This document shows, piece by piece, positions 46,068-55,399 of a stretch of DNA of 64,000 nt (position 1 is the stretch's first letter; each line of letters begins with the position of its first letter). Location: NCBI GenBank assembly GCA_964521165.1, contig CAZFRA010000002.1, positions 66,320-130,319 on the forward strand. Reading direction: 5' to 3'. The DNA is from an uncultured Lachnospiraceae bacterium (GTDB taxonomy: Bacteria > Bacillota > Clostridia > Christensenellales > UBA1242). Under the pieces are notes generated by a model. That model searched no databases. It saw nothing but the letters and a program-made list of their open reading frames with translations, and had not been told where the DNA came from. The translations under genes were made by a program, and so were the position numbers.

Positions 46068-48129
46068 AAAAATAAACAAAAATTTCCATTTGACGCCGCG
46101 AGAACGCAAACTTGTGGATAAAATTGTGGGGGAAGAAATCAATCTTGACCGCTTAAATTATGTTATTGACACAATGGCGGAATATTATATGGGTAACGAA
46201 GTCTTGATAAGTTACTTGCTTTTTCAATACTATAAAGTTTTTGAAGAACACGCCAAAAACTATGTCAAAGAGTTGACGAACAATCAAAAAGAACTTTATG
46301 AAACTTTCAAACTTCTTCGCAATGTCAACACGATAAGTAAGAGCGGGGAAGCAGAAGATATCAAGCGGATGTTTATGGCAATCAGTCGCGATATGCGTGT
46401 GGTTATTATAAAGTTCGCCACGATTGACTATGACCTTAATCGCATCACTCTTCCAATGGATGAAGAAACGCGAAAATTTGTCAAAATTGTGTCCGAAATT
46501 TTTGCGCCACTTGCAGAAAGTTTAGGACTTTCCAAATTTAAAAGTTCTTTCGAAGAAAACACCTTCAAACTCTTGGAACCAAGGGCGTATAACGAACTTA
46601 AAAACAATGTTCTTCTCAAAACTGAAGACAATATGAAACAAATGGAAATTGTTGAGAAAAAACTCAATAAAATTCTCAAAGAACTTAACATTCAAGGCGA
46701 AATTCAAAAGCGACAGAAACACTTATATAGCGTATATAAGAAGTTGAAAAAGAAAAACATCACAATCGGCAAGGTGTATGACCTTCTTGCTATGCGTGTT
46801 TTGTTGCCGACCGTGGAAGATTGTTACGCTGTTTTTGGTAAAATCCACTCGATATACAAACCAATGGGTGGGCGTGTTAAGGACTATATTGCCAATCCAA
46901 AACCGAACGGCTATCAAAGTTTGCATACCACAATCATTGCTGAAAACAATAGACCTTTGGAAATCCAAATTCGAACCTTTGATATGCATAAACACGCGGA
47001 ATATGGTGTGGCGGCGCATTGGATATACAAAGAAAGGCGAACACACAACAAATTCGACAGCAAGTTTGCTCGCATAAAGCAAATCCTCGATAATTCCGAT
47101 GACCTTTCGCCACAAGAGTTTTTGGAAACATTAAAAAGTGACCTATATGGTGAAAGCATTTTTGTTCAAACACCAAAAGGAAAGGTTTTGGAACTTCCTG
47201 TTCATTCAACTGTTATTGATTTTGCTTATGCCATTCACAGTGAAATTGGGAACAAGTGTGTGGGCGGAAAAATTAACGGCAAACTTTTTCCAATAACCAC
47301 CGAACTTAATAATGGCGACACCGTGGAAATTATAACGAACCAAAACAGCAAAGGTCCTTCTCGTGACTGGCTTAAACACGTCAAAACTTCTTCGGCGCGC
47401 AGCAAAATTCGTTCCTTCTTCAAAAGTGAGTTTAAAGAAGAAAACACGCGACTTGGAAAGAATATTTTTGAGCAGGCGTTAAAATCTAAAAATATCAACC
47501 TAACCAAAGTGCAAAAAGAGAAATTTTTATCCGACATTATCTCATCTATGATGATGGAAAATGTGGATATGCTTTTTGCCGAAATTGGCGGTGGAACTTT
47601 GTCGATAAATTCGGTTATGGGCAAGTTTATGAATTTATATTACAAAGAAAAAGCGAAAGAAGCAAAACCCGAAGTTATCGAAGTCAAGAAAAGTAAGGAC
47701 GGCATTTTGGTGGACGGCGACAGCGGACTGTTGATACGCTATGCTGGCTGTTGTTCGCCGGTTATAGGTGATGACATCATCGGTTATATCTCACGCGGTA
47801 AAGGCGTGACGATACATAGAAAAGAATGTCCAAATCTCAAATATCTAGAAAAAGAGCGTCTTATAAATGCCAAGTGGGAAGATGATATAACTGCAAAGTT
47901 TACCACAACAATCAAAGTTGTTGCTGATAATGATAATACTTCGGTTGATTATATTAACAATATTGCTAAAAATTTGAAAGTCGGCTTACGTGGCTTTTCA
48001 TACAAGAAAAACAAAAACGATATTATCTTCGACATTAAGTTTGAAGTAAAGGGCAAAGAAGAACTCGACAGCGTGATAAAAACTTTTGAAGGTGTGAAAG
48101 GAGTGCAAAGAGTTTACAGGAGTGAGTGA
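46048..48129 (+). CDS. relA: RelA/SpoT-homolog (p)ppGpp synthetase with a degenerate N-terminal hydrolase (HD) domain
   Basis: The synthetase block is intact: YSVYKKL...YDLLAMRVLL...DYIANPKPNGYQSLHTTI...LEIQIRTFDMHKHAEYGVAAHWIYKE. The TGS domain (IFVQTPKGKVLELPVHSTVIDFAYAIH) and a C-terminal ACT-like domain are present. The HD, HDxxED and LHN hydrolase residues are not found at the expected positions. The gene overlaps the recJ 3' end by 20 nt. Confidence 0.9.
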   Translation: MKEITIEKINKNFHLTPRERKLVDKIVGEEINLDRLNYVIDTMAEYYMGNEVLISYLLFQYYKVFEEHAKNYVKELTNNQKELYETFKLLRNVNTISKSGEAEDIKRMFMAISRDMRVVIIKFATIDYDLNRITLPMDEETRKFVKIVSEIFAPLAESLGLSKFKSSFEENTFKLLEPRAYNELKNNVLLKTEDNMKQMEIVEKKLNKILKELNIQGEIQKRQKHLYSVYKKLKKKNITIGKVYDLLAMRVLLPTVEDCYAVFGKIHSIYKPMGGRVKDYIANPKPNGYQSLHTTIIAENNRPLEIQIRTFDMHKHAEYGVAAHWIYKERRTHNKFDSKFARIKQILDNSDDLSPQEFLETLKSDLYGESIFVQTPKGKVLELPVHSTVIDFAYAIHSEIGNKCVGGKINGKLFPITTELNNGDTVEIITNQNSKGPSRDWLKHVKTSSARSKIRSFFKSEFKEENTRLGKNIFEQALKSKNINLTKVQKEKFLSDIISSMMMENVDMLFAEIGGGTLSINSVMGKFMNLYYKEKAKEAKPEVIEVKKSKDGILVDGDSGLLIRYAGCCSPVIGDDIIGYISRGKGVTIHRKECPNLKYLEKERLINAKWEDDITAKFTTTIKVVADNDNTSVDYINNIAKNLKVGLRGFSYKKNKNDIIFDIKFEVKGKEELDSVIKTFEGVKGVQRVYRSE

Positions 48130-49538
48130 TGAAAATTGTTTGTGAAAATAAGGATATAGAAAAGGATATGCAAGACCTTGTCAATCTCTTTTATGCCGAG
48201 AGTGACACACCTTTTTCTATACACCACAGCGATACCACTTTAAGCGGGACAACCACCAGCAAGATTGAGATAATAACAAGCGATTCGAAGAAGGAATATA
48301 TCAAATTTTTCTCACTTCCACAAAATTTAACATCACTGCGCGAAAAAAGTTGGAAAAAAGGTAACTTTAAAAACCATTTATATCAAGTGCTCTCTTCAAT
48401 TTCTAAAAAATCGCTGCCGTGGGGCAGTCTTACGGGTGTAAGACCATGTAAGTTTGCACGCGAAATGGTGGAAAGAGGGGAAGTGAAAGAACATCTAATC
48501 CCAGAAGTTTTAATGAAAGATTTTTATGTCAGCGAAGATAAAGCCAAACTCACATTGGAAATTTTACATAATCAAAAATGCATTATAAAAAACGACAAAC
48601 TTGTCGACCTTTTCATTAACATTCCAATATGTCCAACAAAATGCAACTATTGTTCTTTCATCTCAAACGAACTTTGCAAGGTTGTGGATAAAGTGGAAGA
48701 ATATCTCGACTGCCTTTTGAAAGAACTTCGCGCCATAAAAAAAATGATTGCGGACAAGTCATACATCATTCGAACAATATACATCGGTGGTGGCACGCCG
48801 ACTGTTTTGACAGATGTGCAACTTGAACGGCTTTTGGAAGAAATTAATTATCCAGTTACTGAATTCACCGTGGAATGCGGACGCGCGGACACAATAACGC
48901 GTGAGAAAATGGAAATTCTGAAAAGACATAACGTCACAAGAATTTCGATAAATCCGCAAACTTTTTGCGAAACAACTCTTAAAAGGATTGGCAGAAAACA
49001 AACAAACAAGCAAATTTTTGAAGCATATATGCTCGCAATGGAATACGATTTTGTGATAAATATGGATATTATTGCTGGGCTTCCGGGCGAGAAACTTGGC
49101 ATATTTAAAAGAACGGTCAATACGCTTCTGGAATTATCGCCACAAAATATTACAGTTCATACTTTAACATACAAAAACGGCACTTGTCTTAAAGATGACA
49201 ACTCGCAAGTGAGTGAAAAAGATGTGCCAAAAATGGTTGATTATGCCGAAAAAACTTTAATGGAAAACAACTATAAACCATATTACATTTACCGTCAAAA
49301 AAATCAGGTTGGCGGTTTGGAAAATGTCGGCTATTTCCGTGATGGCAATGTGTGCATTTTCAATATCGACAGTATGGAAGACGTGTCGTCGGTCATCGGT
49401 ATTGGTGCTGGTGCAATTTCAAAACGCGTATTTAATTTGGAAAATCGTATTGAAAGAGAACCGAATTGCAAATATATCGCAGACTATATTGAACGAATAG
49501 ATGAAATGATTGAGAAAAAGATTAAGTTTTTTAGTTAG
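48129..49538 (+). CDS. hemZ: Radical SAM coproporphyrinogen-dehydrogenase-like protein (HemZ/HemN family)
   Basis: The CxxxCxxC motif is CPTKCNYCSF, and IYIGGGTPT is present. The ~160-aa N-terminal extension is typical of HemZ. The ATG overlaps the relA TGA (TGATG). An alternative GTG start lies at 48126. Confidence 0.82.
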   Translation: MKIVCENKDIEKDMQDLVNLFYAESDTPFSIHHSDTTLSGTTTSKIEIITSDSKKEYIKFFSLPQNLTSLREKSWKKGNFKNHLYQVLSSISKKSLPWGSLTGVRPCKFAREMVERGEVKEHLIPEVLMKDFYVSEDKAKLTLEILHNQKCIIKNDKLVDLFINIPICPTKCNYCSFISNELCKVVDKVEEYLDCLLKELRAIKKMIADKSYIIRTIYIGGGTPTVLTDVQLERLLEEINYPVTEFTVECGRADTITREKMEILKRHNVTRISINPQTFCETTLKRIGRKQTNKQIFEAYMLAMEYDFVINMDIIAGLPGEKLGIFKRTVNTLLELSPQNITVHTLTYKNGTCLKDDNSQVSEKDVPKMVDYAEKTLMENNYKPYYIYRQKNQVGGLENVGYFRDGNVCIFNIDSMEDVSSVIGIGAGAISKRVFNLENRIEREPNCKYIADYIERIDEMIEKKIKFFS

Positions 49539-49637
49539 ACTAAAAGAAAAAGGATAGAAATTTTTTGTCATTGTTGTCAATTTTGCCAAAAATTTAATTA
49601 ACAAAAATGAATTTGCGAAAATAATTTGCAAAAATTC

Positions 49638-49666
49638 TTTACTTTTTCAAAATTTTATGGTAAAAT
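49638..49666 (+). promoter_or_regulatory. Promoter TTTACT-17-TGgTAAAAT upstream of rpsO
   Basis: -35 at 49638-49643, TG at 49658-49659, and -10 TAAAAT at 49661-49666. Confidence 0.5.
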
Positions 49667-49681
49667 ATCAAGGTCGATGAA

Positions 49682-49732
49682 AACATTCGCACAGTTTGGT
49701 GGATACCTTCAACCCCTTGCTTTGTGAATGTT
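49682..49732 (+). promoter_or_regulatory. Structured rpsO 5' leader, a putative S15 autoregulatory element
   Basis: A long hairpin pairs AACATTCGCACAG with CTTTGTGAATGTT (13 positions, one mismatch, one G-U). It encloses a GGTGG...CCCC inner segment and lies ~25 nt upstream of the rpsO SD. Confidence 0.4.
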
Positions 49733-49759
49733 GTTAAAATTTTAATGAAGGAGAATGTT

Positions 49760-50023
49760 ATGGAAAACAAAAGCGAAATCATCGCAAAGTTCAAGCAATC
49801 TGAAAATGACACAGGATCTGTTCAAGTGCAAGTTGCTCTTCTTACTGAAAGAATAAATCACTTAACTGAACACTTAAAAAAGAATCCAAAAGATAACCAT
49901 TCCAGACGCGGACTTTTGCAAATGGTTGGTAAAAGAAAAGGTTTCTTGCAATATCTTAGAGATAGAGATATTGAAGCATACAGAAAACTTATCAAAGAAT
50001 TGAACATTAGAGAAATTAAATAA
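49760..50023 (+). CDS. rpsO: 30S ribosomal protein S15
   Basis: Contains [58 protein letters not shown] is present. Start placed at M13 of the track ORF. Confidence 0.95.
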   Translation: MENKSEIIAKFKQSENDTGSVQVQVALLTERINHLTEHLKKNPKDNHSRRGLLQMVGKRKGFLQYLRDRDIEAYRKLIKELNIREIK

Positions 50024-50077
50024 AAGAAAGGGGGGAGCGTGTTTTTTTGCTCTCTTTTTTCAAAAATAGGAGTGAAT

Positions 50078-52177
50078 ATGAAAACTGAATTATCTAAAAA
50101 ATTTGAAATTGAAATCGCTGGCAAAAAGGTTACTTTCGAAACGGGCGCTTTGTGTGGCCAATCCAACGGCTCTTGTCTTGTTTCTTGTGGAGAAACAATC
50201 ATTATGGTCAATGTCACAATGAGTGAAGAACCAAAGCCGGGAATTGACTTCTTTCCACTTTCTGTTGAATATCAAGAAAAAATGTATTCCGTTGGCAAAA
50301 TTCCGGGCGGATTTAAGAAAAGAGAAGGGCGTCCTTCCGATAAGGCAATTTTGGTTTCGCGCCTTATTGATAGACCACTTCGTCCACTTTTCCCAAAAGG
50401 ATTTTTTAATGATGTCGTTGTGGTGGCAACCGCGCTTTCTATCGACCCTGATGTAAGCCCAGAACCACTTGCAATGCTCGGTTCATCTTTCGCACTATCC
50501 ATTTCTGATATTCCATTTCTTGGACCTACCGGCTCGGTTTTGGTTGGTCTTGTTGATGGAAAGTTTGTTATCAATCCAAATCAAGAAGAACGCGAAAAGA
50601 GCGACCTTCATTTAACAGTTTCGGGAACAGAAGAAGCTGTTTTGATGGTGGAAGCAGGTGCAAACGAAGTGCCAGAAGAGCAAATTCTTGATGCGATTAT
50701 GTTTGCACACGAAGAGATTAAGAATATCGTGAAATTTATTAAAGATGTCAAGACACAAATTGGCAAACCTGTCAATCCAAACATTCCATATTACACAATC
50801 CCAGAAGAAGTAGACAGCGAAGTTAGAAAGTTTGCTGATAAAAAATTGGATTATGCTCTCGACACATTTGTTCGCGGCGAGCGACAAGCGCGTCAGGACG
50901 AAGTAACGAAAGAAATACAAGAACATTTTGCTGAAATTTTTCCAGAAAAAGAACGCGAAATTGGCGATGTGCTATACAAAATGACTAAAGAAAAAGTTCG
51001 TGCCAAAATTTTGGATAAGGGCATTCGTCCAGACGGTAGAACATTAGAACAAATTCGCCCTATTTGGTGCGAAGTTGGTTTACTGCCAAGAGTTCACGGA
51101 AGCGCCGTTTTCACTCGTGGCGAAACGCAAGTTTTGTCGGCATTGACTCTTGGAACGGTCAGTGATGTTCAACAACTTGATGGACTTGACGATGAAGAAG
51201 TAAATCGTTATGTTCATCACTACAATATGCCACCATATGCAACAGGTGAAGCAAGAATGATTAGATCGACAGGTCGTCGTGAAATTGGTCACGGAGCACT
51301 TGCGGAAAGGGCGCTCGAACCAGTTGTTCCAAAGGAAGATGTTTTTCCATACGCTCTTCGAATTGTTAGCGAAGTTTTGTCTTCTAATGGGTCTTCTTCA
51401 ATGGCAAGTGTTTGTGGCTCAACTTTGGCATTGATGGATGGTGGTGTGCCAATTTCTGCGCCAGTTGCAGGGATTGCAATGGGACTTATCAAAGATGAAA
51501 AATCCAATAAAGTGGCAGTTTTATCCGATATTCAGGGTTTGGAAGACTTCCTTGGCGATATGGATTTCAAGGTTACTGGCACGGCAAAAGGTGTGACAGC
51601 CATCCAAATGGATATAAAAATCAAAGGTATCGACAAAGCAATTTTGACAGAAGCATTGGAAAGAGCAAAAGTTGGCAGAATGTTCATTATGGACAAACTT
51701 ATTGCTTGCATTTCTAAGCCAAGAAAAGAAATTTCAAAACACGCTCCAAAAATTATCACCTTCGAAATCGACCCTGAAAAAATCAAAGATGTTATCGGTT
51801 CCGGCGGAAAAACCATTAACAAAATCATTGCTGAAACCGGTGTTAAGATTGATATCGAAGATGATGGCAGTGTGTTTATCGCATCGGTCGACAGCGCAAT
51901 GAACGAAAAGGCAAAGAAGATTATCCTTTCGATTGTTGAAGATATTGAAGTTGGTGATGTTTATGACGGAAAAGTTTCCAAAATAACTTCTTTTGGTGCT
52001 TTCGTTGATTTAGGACTTGGCAAGGAAGGTATGATTCATATTTCCAAACTCTCTTCCAAACGTGTGAACAAAGTGGAAGATGTTGTCAAAATTGGTGACA
52101 CTGTGGAAGTGGAAGTTATCAAAATTGACGAAAAAGGCAGAATTGACCTTAAACGTTTGGAAAAGAAAGAAAAATAA
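50078..52177 (+). CDS. pnp: Polyribonucleotide nucleotidyltransferase (PNPase)
   Basis: Two RNase PH domains are present (FFPLSVEYQEKMYSVGKIPGGFKKREGRPS and DGRTLEQIRPI...GSAVFTRGETQ). KH (IGSGGKTINKI) and S1 (GDVYDGKVSKITSFGAFVDL) domains follow. Start placed at MKTELSK after AGGAG. Confidence 0.97.
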   Translation: MKTELSKKFEIEIAGKKVTFETGALCGQSNGSCLVSCGETIIMVNVTMSEEPKPGIDFFPLSVEYQEKMYSVGKIPGGFKKREGRPSDKAILVSRLIDRPLRPLFPKGFFNDVVVVATALSIDPDVSPEPLAMLGSSFALSISDIPFLGPTGSVLVGLVDGKFVINPNQEEREKSDLHLTVSGTEEAVLMVEAGANEVPEEQILDAIMFAHEEIKNIVKFIKDVKTQIGKPVNPNIPYYTIPEEVDSEVRKFADKKLDYALDTFVRGERQARQDEVTKEIQEHFAEIFPEKEREIGDVLYKMTKEKVRAKILDKGIRPDGRTLEQIRPIWCEVGLLPRVHGSAVFTRGETQVLSALTLGTVSDVQQLDGLDDEEVNRYVHHYNMPPYATGEARMIRSTGRREIGHGALAERALEPVVPKEDVFPYALRIVSEVLSSNGSSSMASVCGSTLALMDGGVPISAPVAGIAMGLIKDEKSNKVAVLSDIQGLEDFLGDMDFKVTGTAKGVTAIQMDIKIKGIDKAILTEALERAKVGRMFIMDKLIACISKPRKEISKHAPKIITFEIDPEKIKDVIGSGGKTINKIIAETGVKIDIEDDGSVFIASVDSAMNEKAKKIILSIVEDIEVGDVYDGKVSKITSFGAFVDLGLGKEGMIHISKLSSKRVNKVEDVVKIGDTVEVEVIKIDEKGRIDLKRLEKKEK

Positions 52178-52209
52178 AAAAACGCAAAAATTTTGCTTAA
52201 AAAATAAAA

Positions 52210-52240
52210 AACTTCACATTTTAGTGGAGTTTTTATTTTT
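52210..52240 (+). terminator. Intrinsic terminator of pnp
   Basis: AACTTCAC-atttta-GTGGAGTT forms an 8-bp stem with one G-U, followed by a T-rich run. Confidence 0.65.
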
Positions 52241-52290
52241 TATTCACCAACAAAACTCTTTTTTCATATATAAAGATAGGAGTGTGAAAA

Positions 52291-52635
52291 ATGAGTAATA
52301 TGTGGAAAAAGATTTTGATTTTATTGAGCGGTTATGTAAGTTTCATCGCCTTTGCAGTTGTTGGCGGATTTATTTTCTTAAAAAACGAGAATGAAGAATT
52401 GAAGAAAACGGCGAAAATAACGCTTATTATTTCTTTAATATTTATCGGCTTATTGGCAATTTTTGCAATATATAACTATATTGGTTCGATGTGTAGCGGA
52501 TATCTCTCATCAGGCGCCTATGACGCTTACATTATCATCAACAACATCATTTTGATTGCCGAGATTGTCGTCTACGCTGTGCTGATAATTATCGAACTTG
52601 TGAAAGGTTTAAGTAAAAATAGAAAAAATATATAA
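52291..52635 (+). CDS. Small integral membrane protein (3 predicted TM helices)
   Basis: 114 aa with AGGAG SD. Hydrophobic segments are ILILLSGYVSFIAFAVVGGFIFL, ITLIISLIFIGLLAIFAIY and IIINNIILIAEIVVYAVLIII. Confidence 0.6.
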   Translation: MSNMWKKILILLSGYVSFIAFAVVGGFIFLKNENEELKKTAKITLIISLIFIGLLAIFAIYNYIGSMCSGYLSSGAYDAYIIINNIILIAEIVVYAVLIIIELVKGLSKNRKNI

Positions 52636-52680
52636 AATAGAAAAATGCCTAAGCATATCAGAAAAACACAGAAAAACAAT

Positions 52681-52708
52681 AAAAAACTGCATTTTTTCGC
52701 AGTTTTTT
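52681..52708. terminator. Possible bidirectional terminator between convergent genes
   Basis: AAAAAACTGC-attttttc-GCAGTTTTTT has a short GC core extended by A/T pairing. Confidence 0.45.
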
Positions 52709-52714
52709 ATCTTC

Positions 52715-53326
52715 TTATTTATAACAAGTTGGAGTTTTCACAATTTTCAGTCGGTCGTCAGTGGCGTTAATTTCATAAAATTCATCACTAAGTTTTTCCA
52801 TTCTTTGTTTATTTAATTTTGAATTTAGGTATTGTTGAGTCACTTCGTCTTGCGGGATATCATAACCACCTTCTTTAAGGCGCTGCCTAACTCGTGACAA
52901 GTTGACGCCAAGGATGTTTGTGTTGACAAAAAAGATGATGACTTGATAATTTTTAAACTTCTCAATAAGCGCAAATTTATCATCTTTCGACAAAGAAGTT
53001 TCAAGCACAACAGCGTCGTTTTTGCTTTTCGCTTTTTTAAGTTCCGACGCGATAAATTCGTTGGCAAGTTTCAATTTCTTTTCGCGCGGCGAGTCGCTTT
53101 TATTTAATTCCACAAAAATTTCTGTTCCAAGATAGCGCGCGCCACTCAAATATCCTTGGTTATACAAATTGGCGATGAGTGTCGACTTTCCGCTGCCGTT
53201 CGGTCCAGCAAAGACATACAAAACACCTTTTTTACCCTTAGAATCCAAGTTTTTTGTGAGAATTTTATAAGTTTTTGAGTATGGCATTATTTCAAAATTT
53301 TTCAACAAATCATTTATTTCGTCCAT
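52715..53326 (-). CDS. P-loop NTPase of the zeta-toxin / COG4185-like kinase fold
   Basis: Walker A is VFAGPNGSGKSTLIANL. Size is ~200 aa. The RVRQRLKEGGYDIPQDEV block is typical of this family. Start placed at MDEINDL (53326) after GAGGTGG. Confidence 0.7.
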   Translation of the reverse strand: MDEINDLLKNFEIMPYSKTYKILTKNLDSKGKKGVLYVFAGPNGSGKSTLIANLYNQGYLSGARYLGTEIFVELNKSDSPREKKLKLANEFIASELKKAKSKNDAVVLETSLSKDDKFALIEKFKNYQVIIFFVNTNILGVNLSRVRQRLKEGGYDIPQDEVTQQYLNSKLNKQRMEKLSDEFYEINATDDRLKIVKTPTCYK

Positions 53327-53455
53327 TATCCACCTCTTTTTTAGTATATCATAACATATTGATGTTGTCAATACATATATAGATGTAAAATTTAGTTCAA
53401 ATTGTTTGCTTATTTATTTTAAATTTGTTATCATTACAATGTTAAGGAGATGATT

Positions 53456-55342
53456 ATGTTTAAGAATAAAAAAGTTGTTTTATTAAATTTTGCACTTTTT
53501 CTTTTGACTTTTTCGATTGATATTTGTTTTATTGTTCTTGGCAAACCTTATGTATACAAAACCACTGCAAGTGTGCTTTTTGTGATTACAGGCATCATCA
53601 ATTTGATTTTTGTTTGGAAAATGGAACAGCGAAATAAACTTTTCAAATTCTTTATGCTTGTTGGGCTTGTTTTTGCTTGCGCGGGTGACATTGTTTTGGA
53701 AGCTTTCTTCGTTTATGGCGCAATTTTGTTTGCCATCGGGCATATTTTTTTCGCTATATCTTATTGCATTTTGGAAAAAGTTTGTTGGCGTGATATTTTT
53801 ATCTTCGTTATCATTTTTGGAATTTCACTTATTATTATTTTTGTTCCAACAATTTTTAATTTTGGTTCATTACTTCCTATTGTTGTCATATACGCACTTA
53901 TCATTTCCTTTATGCTTGGCAAAGCAATTTCAAATATATTTAAAAAAGAAAATCAAGGTGCAAATTTTCTCATTATGTTAGGAAGTTTATTATTCTTCCT
54001 TTCAGATTTGATGCTTTTGTTTGCGAGATTTGCCGATGTTTCAAAAGCATTTAGTCATGCTTGCCTTATCCTTTACTATCCAGCAGAAATTATTTTGGCA
54101 ACATCAATTTATTATTCCAATCTTAAAATTGATGAAAAAATGCCATTTTTCAAACGAATTTATTGCCGAACTTTTCAAACAATTTTCCGAGCAATAATTC
54201 CACTTATGCCATATCGTCAACCTAAAATTTTGGAAGGTATGGATGAAATCGTTAACACTTTGAAAGAAAAAAAGATTGATAATGTTTTTCTTGCAACCGA
54301 CAAATCTATTCGTGGTTTGGGACTCACAAAAGAACTTGAAGATAAAATTGAAAAGAATGGTGTCAAACTCACAGTCTATGATGATGTTTTGCCAAATCCA
54401 ACAATCAAAATGGTGGAAGATGGACTTAAAGTGTTTTTAGAAAATAATTGCCAAGCACTTATTGCTTTTGGTGGCGGCTCTGTTATTGATTTTGGCAAAG
54501 TGGTTTTAGCTCGCGTGGCAAAACCTAAAAAGCGTGTGGAGAAAATGAAAGGCTTGCTTAAAATTTGCAAAAAACTACTTCCACTTTTTGCCATACCAAC
54601 AACGGCGGGTACTGGAAGTGAAACCACATTAGCAGCAGTTATAATTGATGATAAAACACATTATAAATATGCCATTAACGACTTTTCTCTCATTCCACAT
54701 TATGCCGTTTTGGATTATAAAGTGACTTTAAATCTTCCACCTTTTATCACGGCGACAACCGGTATGGATGCACTTACGCATGCAGTGGAAGCATACATTG
54801 GACGGTCGACCACGAAACTTACTCGCATAATGGCAGAAGATGCTGTTAAACTTATTGTCGAAAATTTGCAAACAGCTTATGACGAGCCACACAACGAAGT
54901 GGCAAGACAAAATATGCTCAAAGCGTCATATTTTGCTGGAGTTGCTTTCACAATTTCATATGTTGGCTATGTTCACGCCATTGCACATTCGCTTGGTGGT
55001 CAATATGGTGTGGCACATGGAATGGCAAATGCTGTGATTTTGCCAAAGATGTTGAAAGTTTATGGTTCGGTAGTCAACAAAAAACTTGCCAAACTTGCCA
55101 AAATTTCAGGTGTGGCAGATGAAAATGATACCACACAACAAGCCAGCGAAAAATTTATAACTTTCATTGAAAAATTGAACAAACATTTTGATTTGCCAAG
55201 TTATTTTAAAGAGTTAAAAGAAGAAGACATTGAACATCTTGCCACAAATGCCGAAAAAGAAGGAAATCCACTTTATCCTGTGCCAGTTTTGTTAGATAAA
55301 GATGCTTTAAAAGATTGTTATAGGCTCTTTTTGAAAAAATAG
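53456..55342 (+). CDS. Fusion protein with an N-terminal YhhN-family (lysoplasmalogenase-like) membrane domain and a C-terminal iron-containing alcohol dehydrogenase
   Basis: The N-terminal ~230 aa is polytopic and carries CAGDIVLE, AIGHIFFAISY and LLFFLSDLMLLFARF, which match YhhN signatures. The C-terminal ~400 aa carries LIAFGGGSVIDFGK, AIPTTAGTGSETT and GMDALTHAVEAYIG plus His-rich HAIAHSLGGQYGVAHG, matching Fe-ADH. Start placed at the second ATG, 6 nt after AAGGAG. Confidence 0.85.
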   Translation: MFKNKKVVLLNFALFLLTFSIDICFIVLGKPYVYKTTASVLFVITGIINLIFVWKMEQRNKLFKFFMLVGLVFACAGDIVLEAFFVYGAILFAIGHIFFAISYCILEKVCWRDIFIFVIIFGISLIIIFVPTIFNFGSLLPIVVIYALIISFMLGKAISNIFKKENQGANFLIMLGSLLFFLSDLMLLFARFADVSKAFSHACLILYYPAEIILATSIYYSNLKIDEKMPFFKRIYCRTFQTIFRAIIPLMPYRQPKILEGMDEIVNTLKEKKIDNVFLATDKSIRGLGLTKELEDKIEKNGVKLTVYDDVLPNPTIKMVEDGLKVFLENNCQALIAFGGGSVIDFGKVVLARVAKPKKRVEKMKGLLKICKKLLPLFAIPTTAGTGSETTLAAVIIDDKTHYKYAINDFSLIPHYAVLDYKVTLNLPPFITATTGMDALTHAVEAYIGRSTTKLTRIMAEDAVKLIVENLQTAYDEPHNEVARQNMLKASYFAGVAFTISYVGYVHAIAHSLGGQYGVAHGMANAVILPKMLKVYGSVVNKKLAKLAKISGVADENDTTQQASEKFITFIEKLNKHFDLPSYFKELKEEDIEHLATNAEKEGNPLYPVPVLLDKDALKDCYRLFLKK

Positions 55343-55399
55343 AGAATAAAAAATAGGTGATTAGGCAATCAATGGAATTGAATGCAGTGTGGGGTTTGA

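Noticed and set aside
50024-50077. A hairpin between rpsO and pnp as a terminator or RNase III site
   Set aside because: Only a 4-5-bp GC stem (GAGC...GCTC) can be drawn, which is too weak to call from sequence alone.
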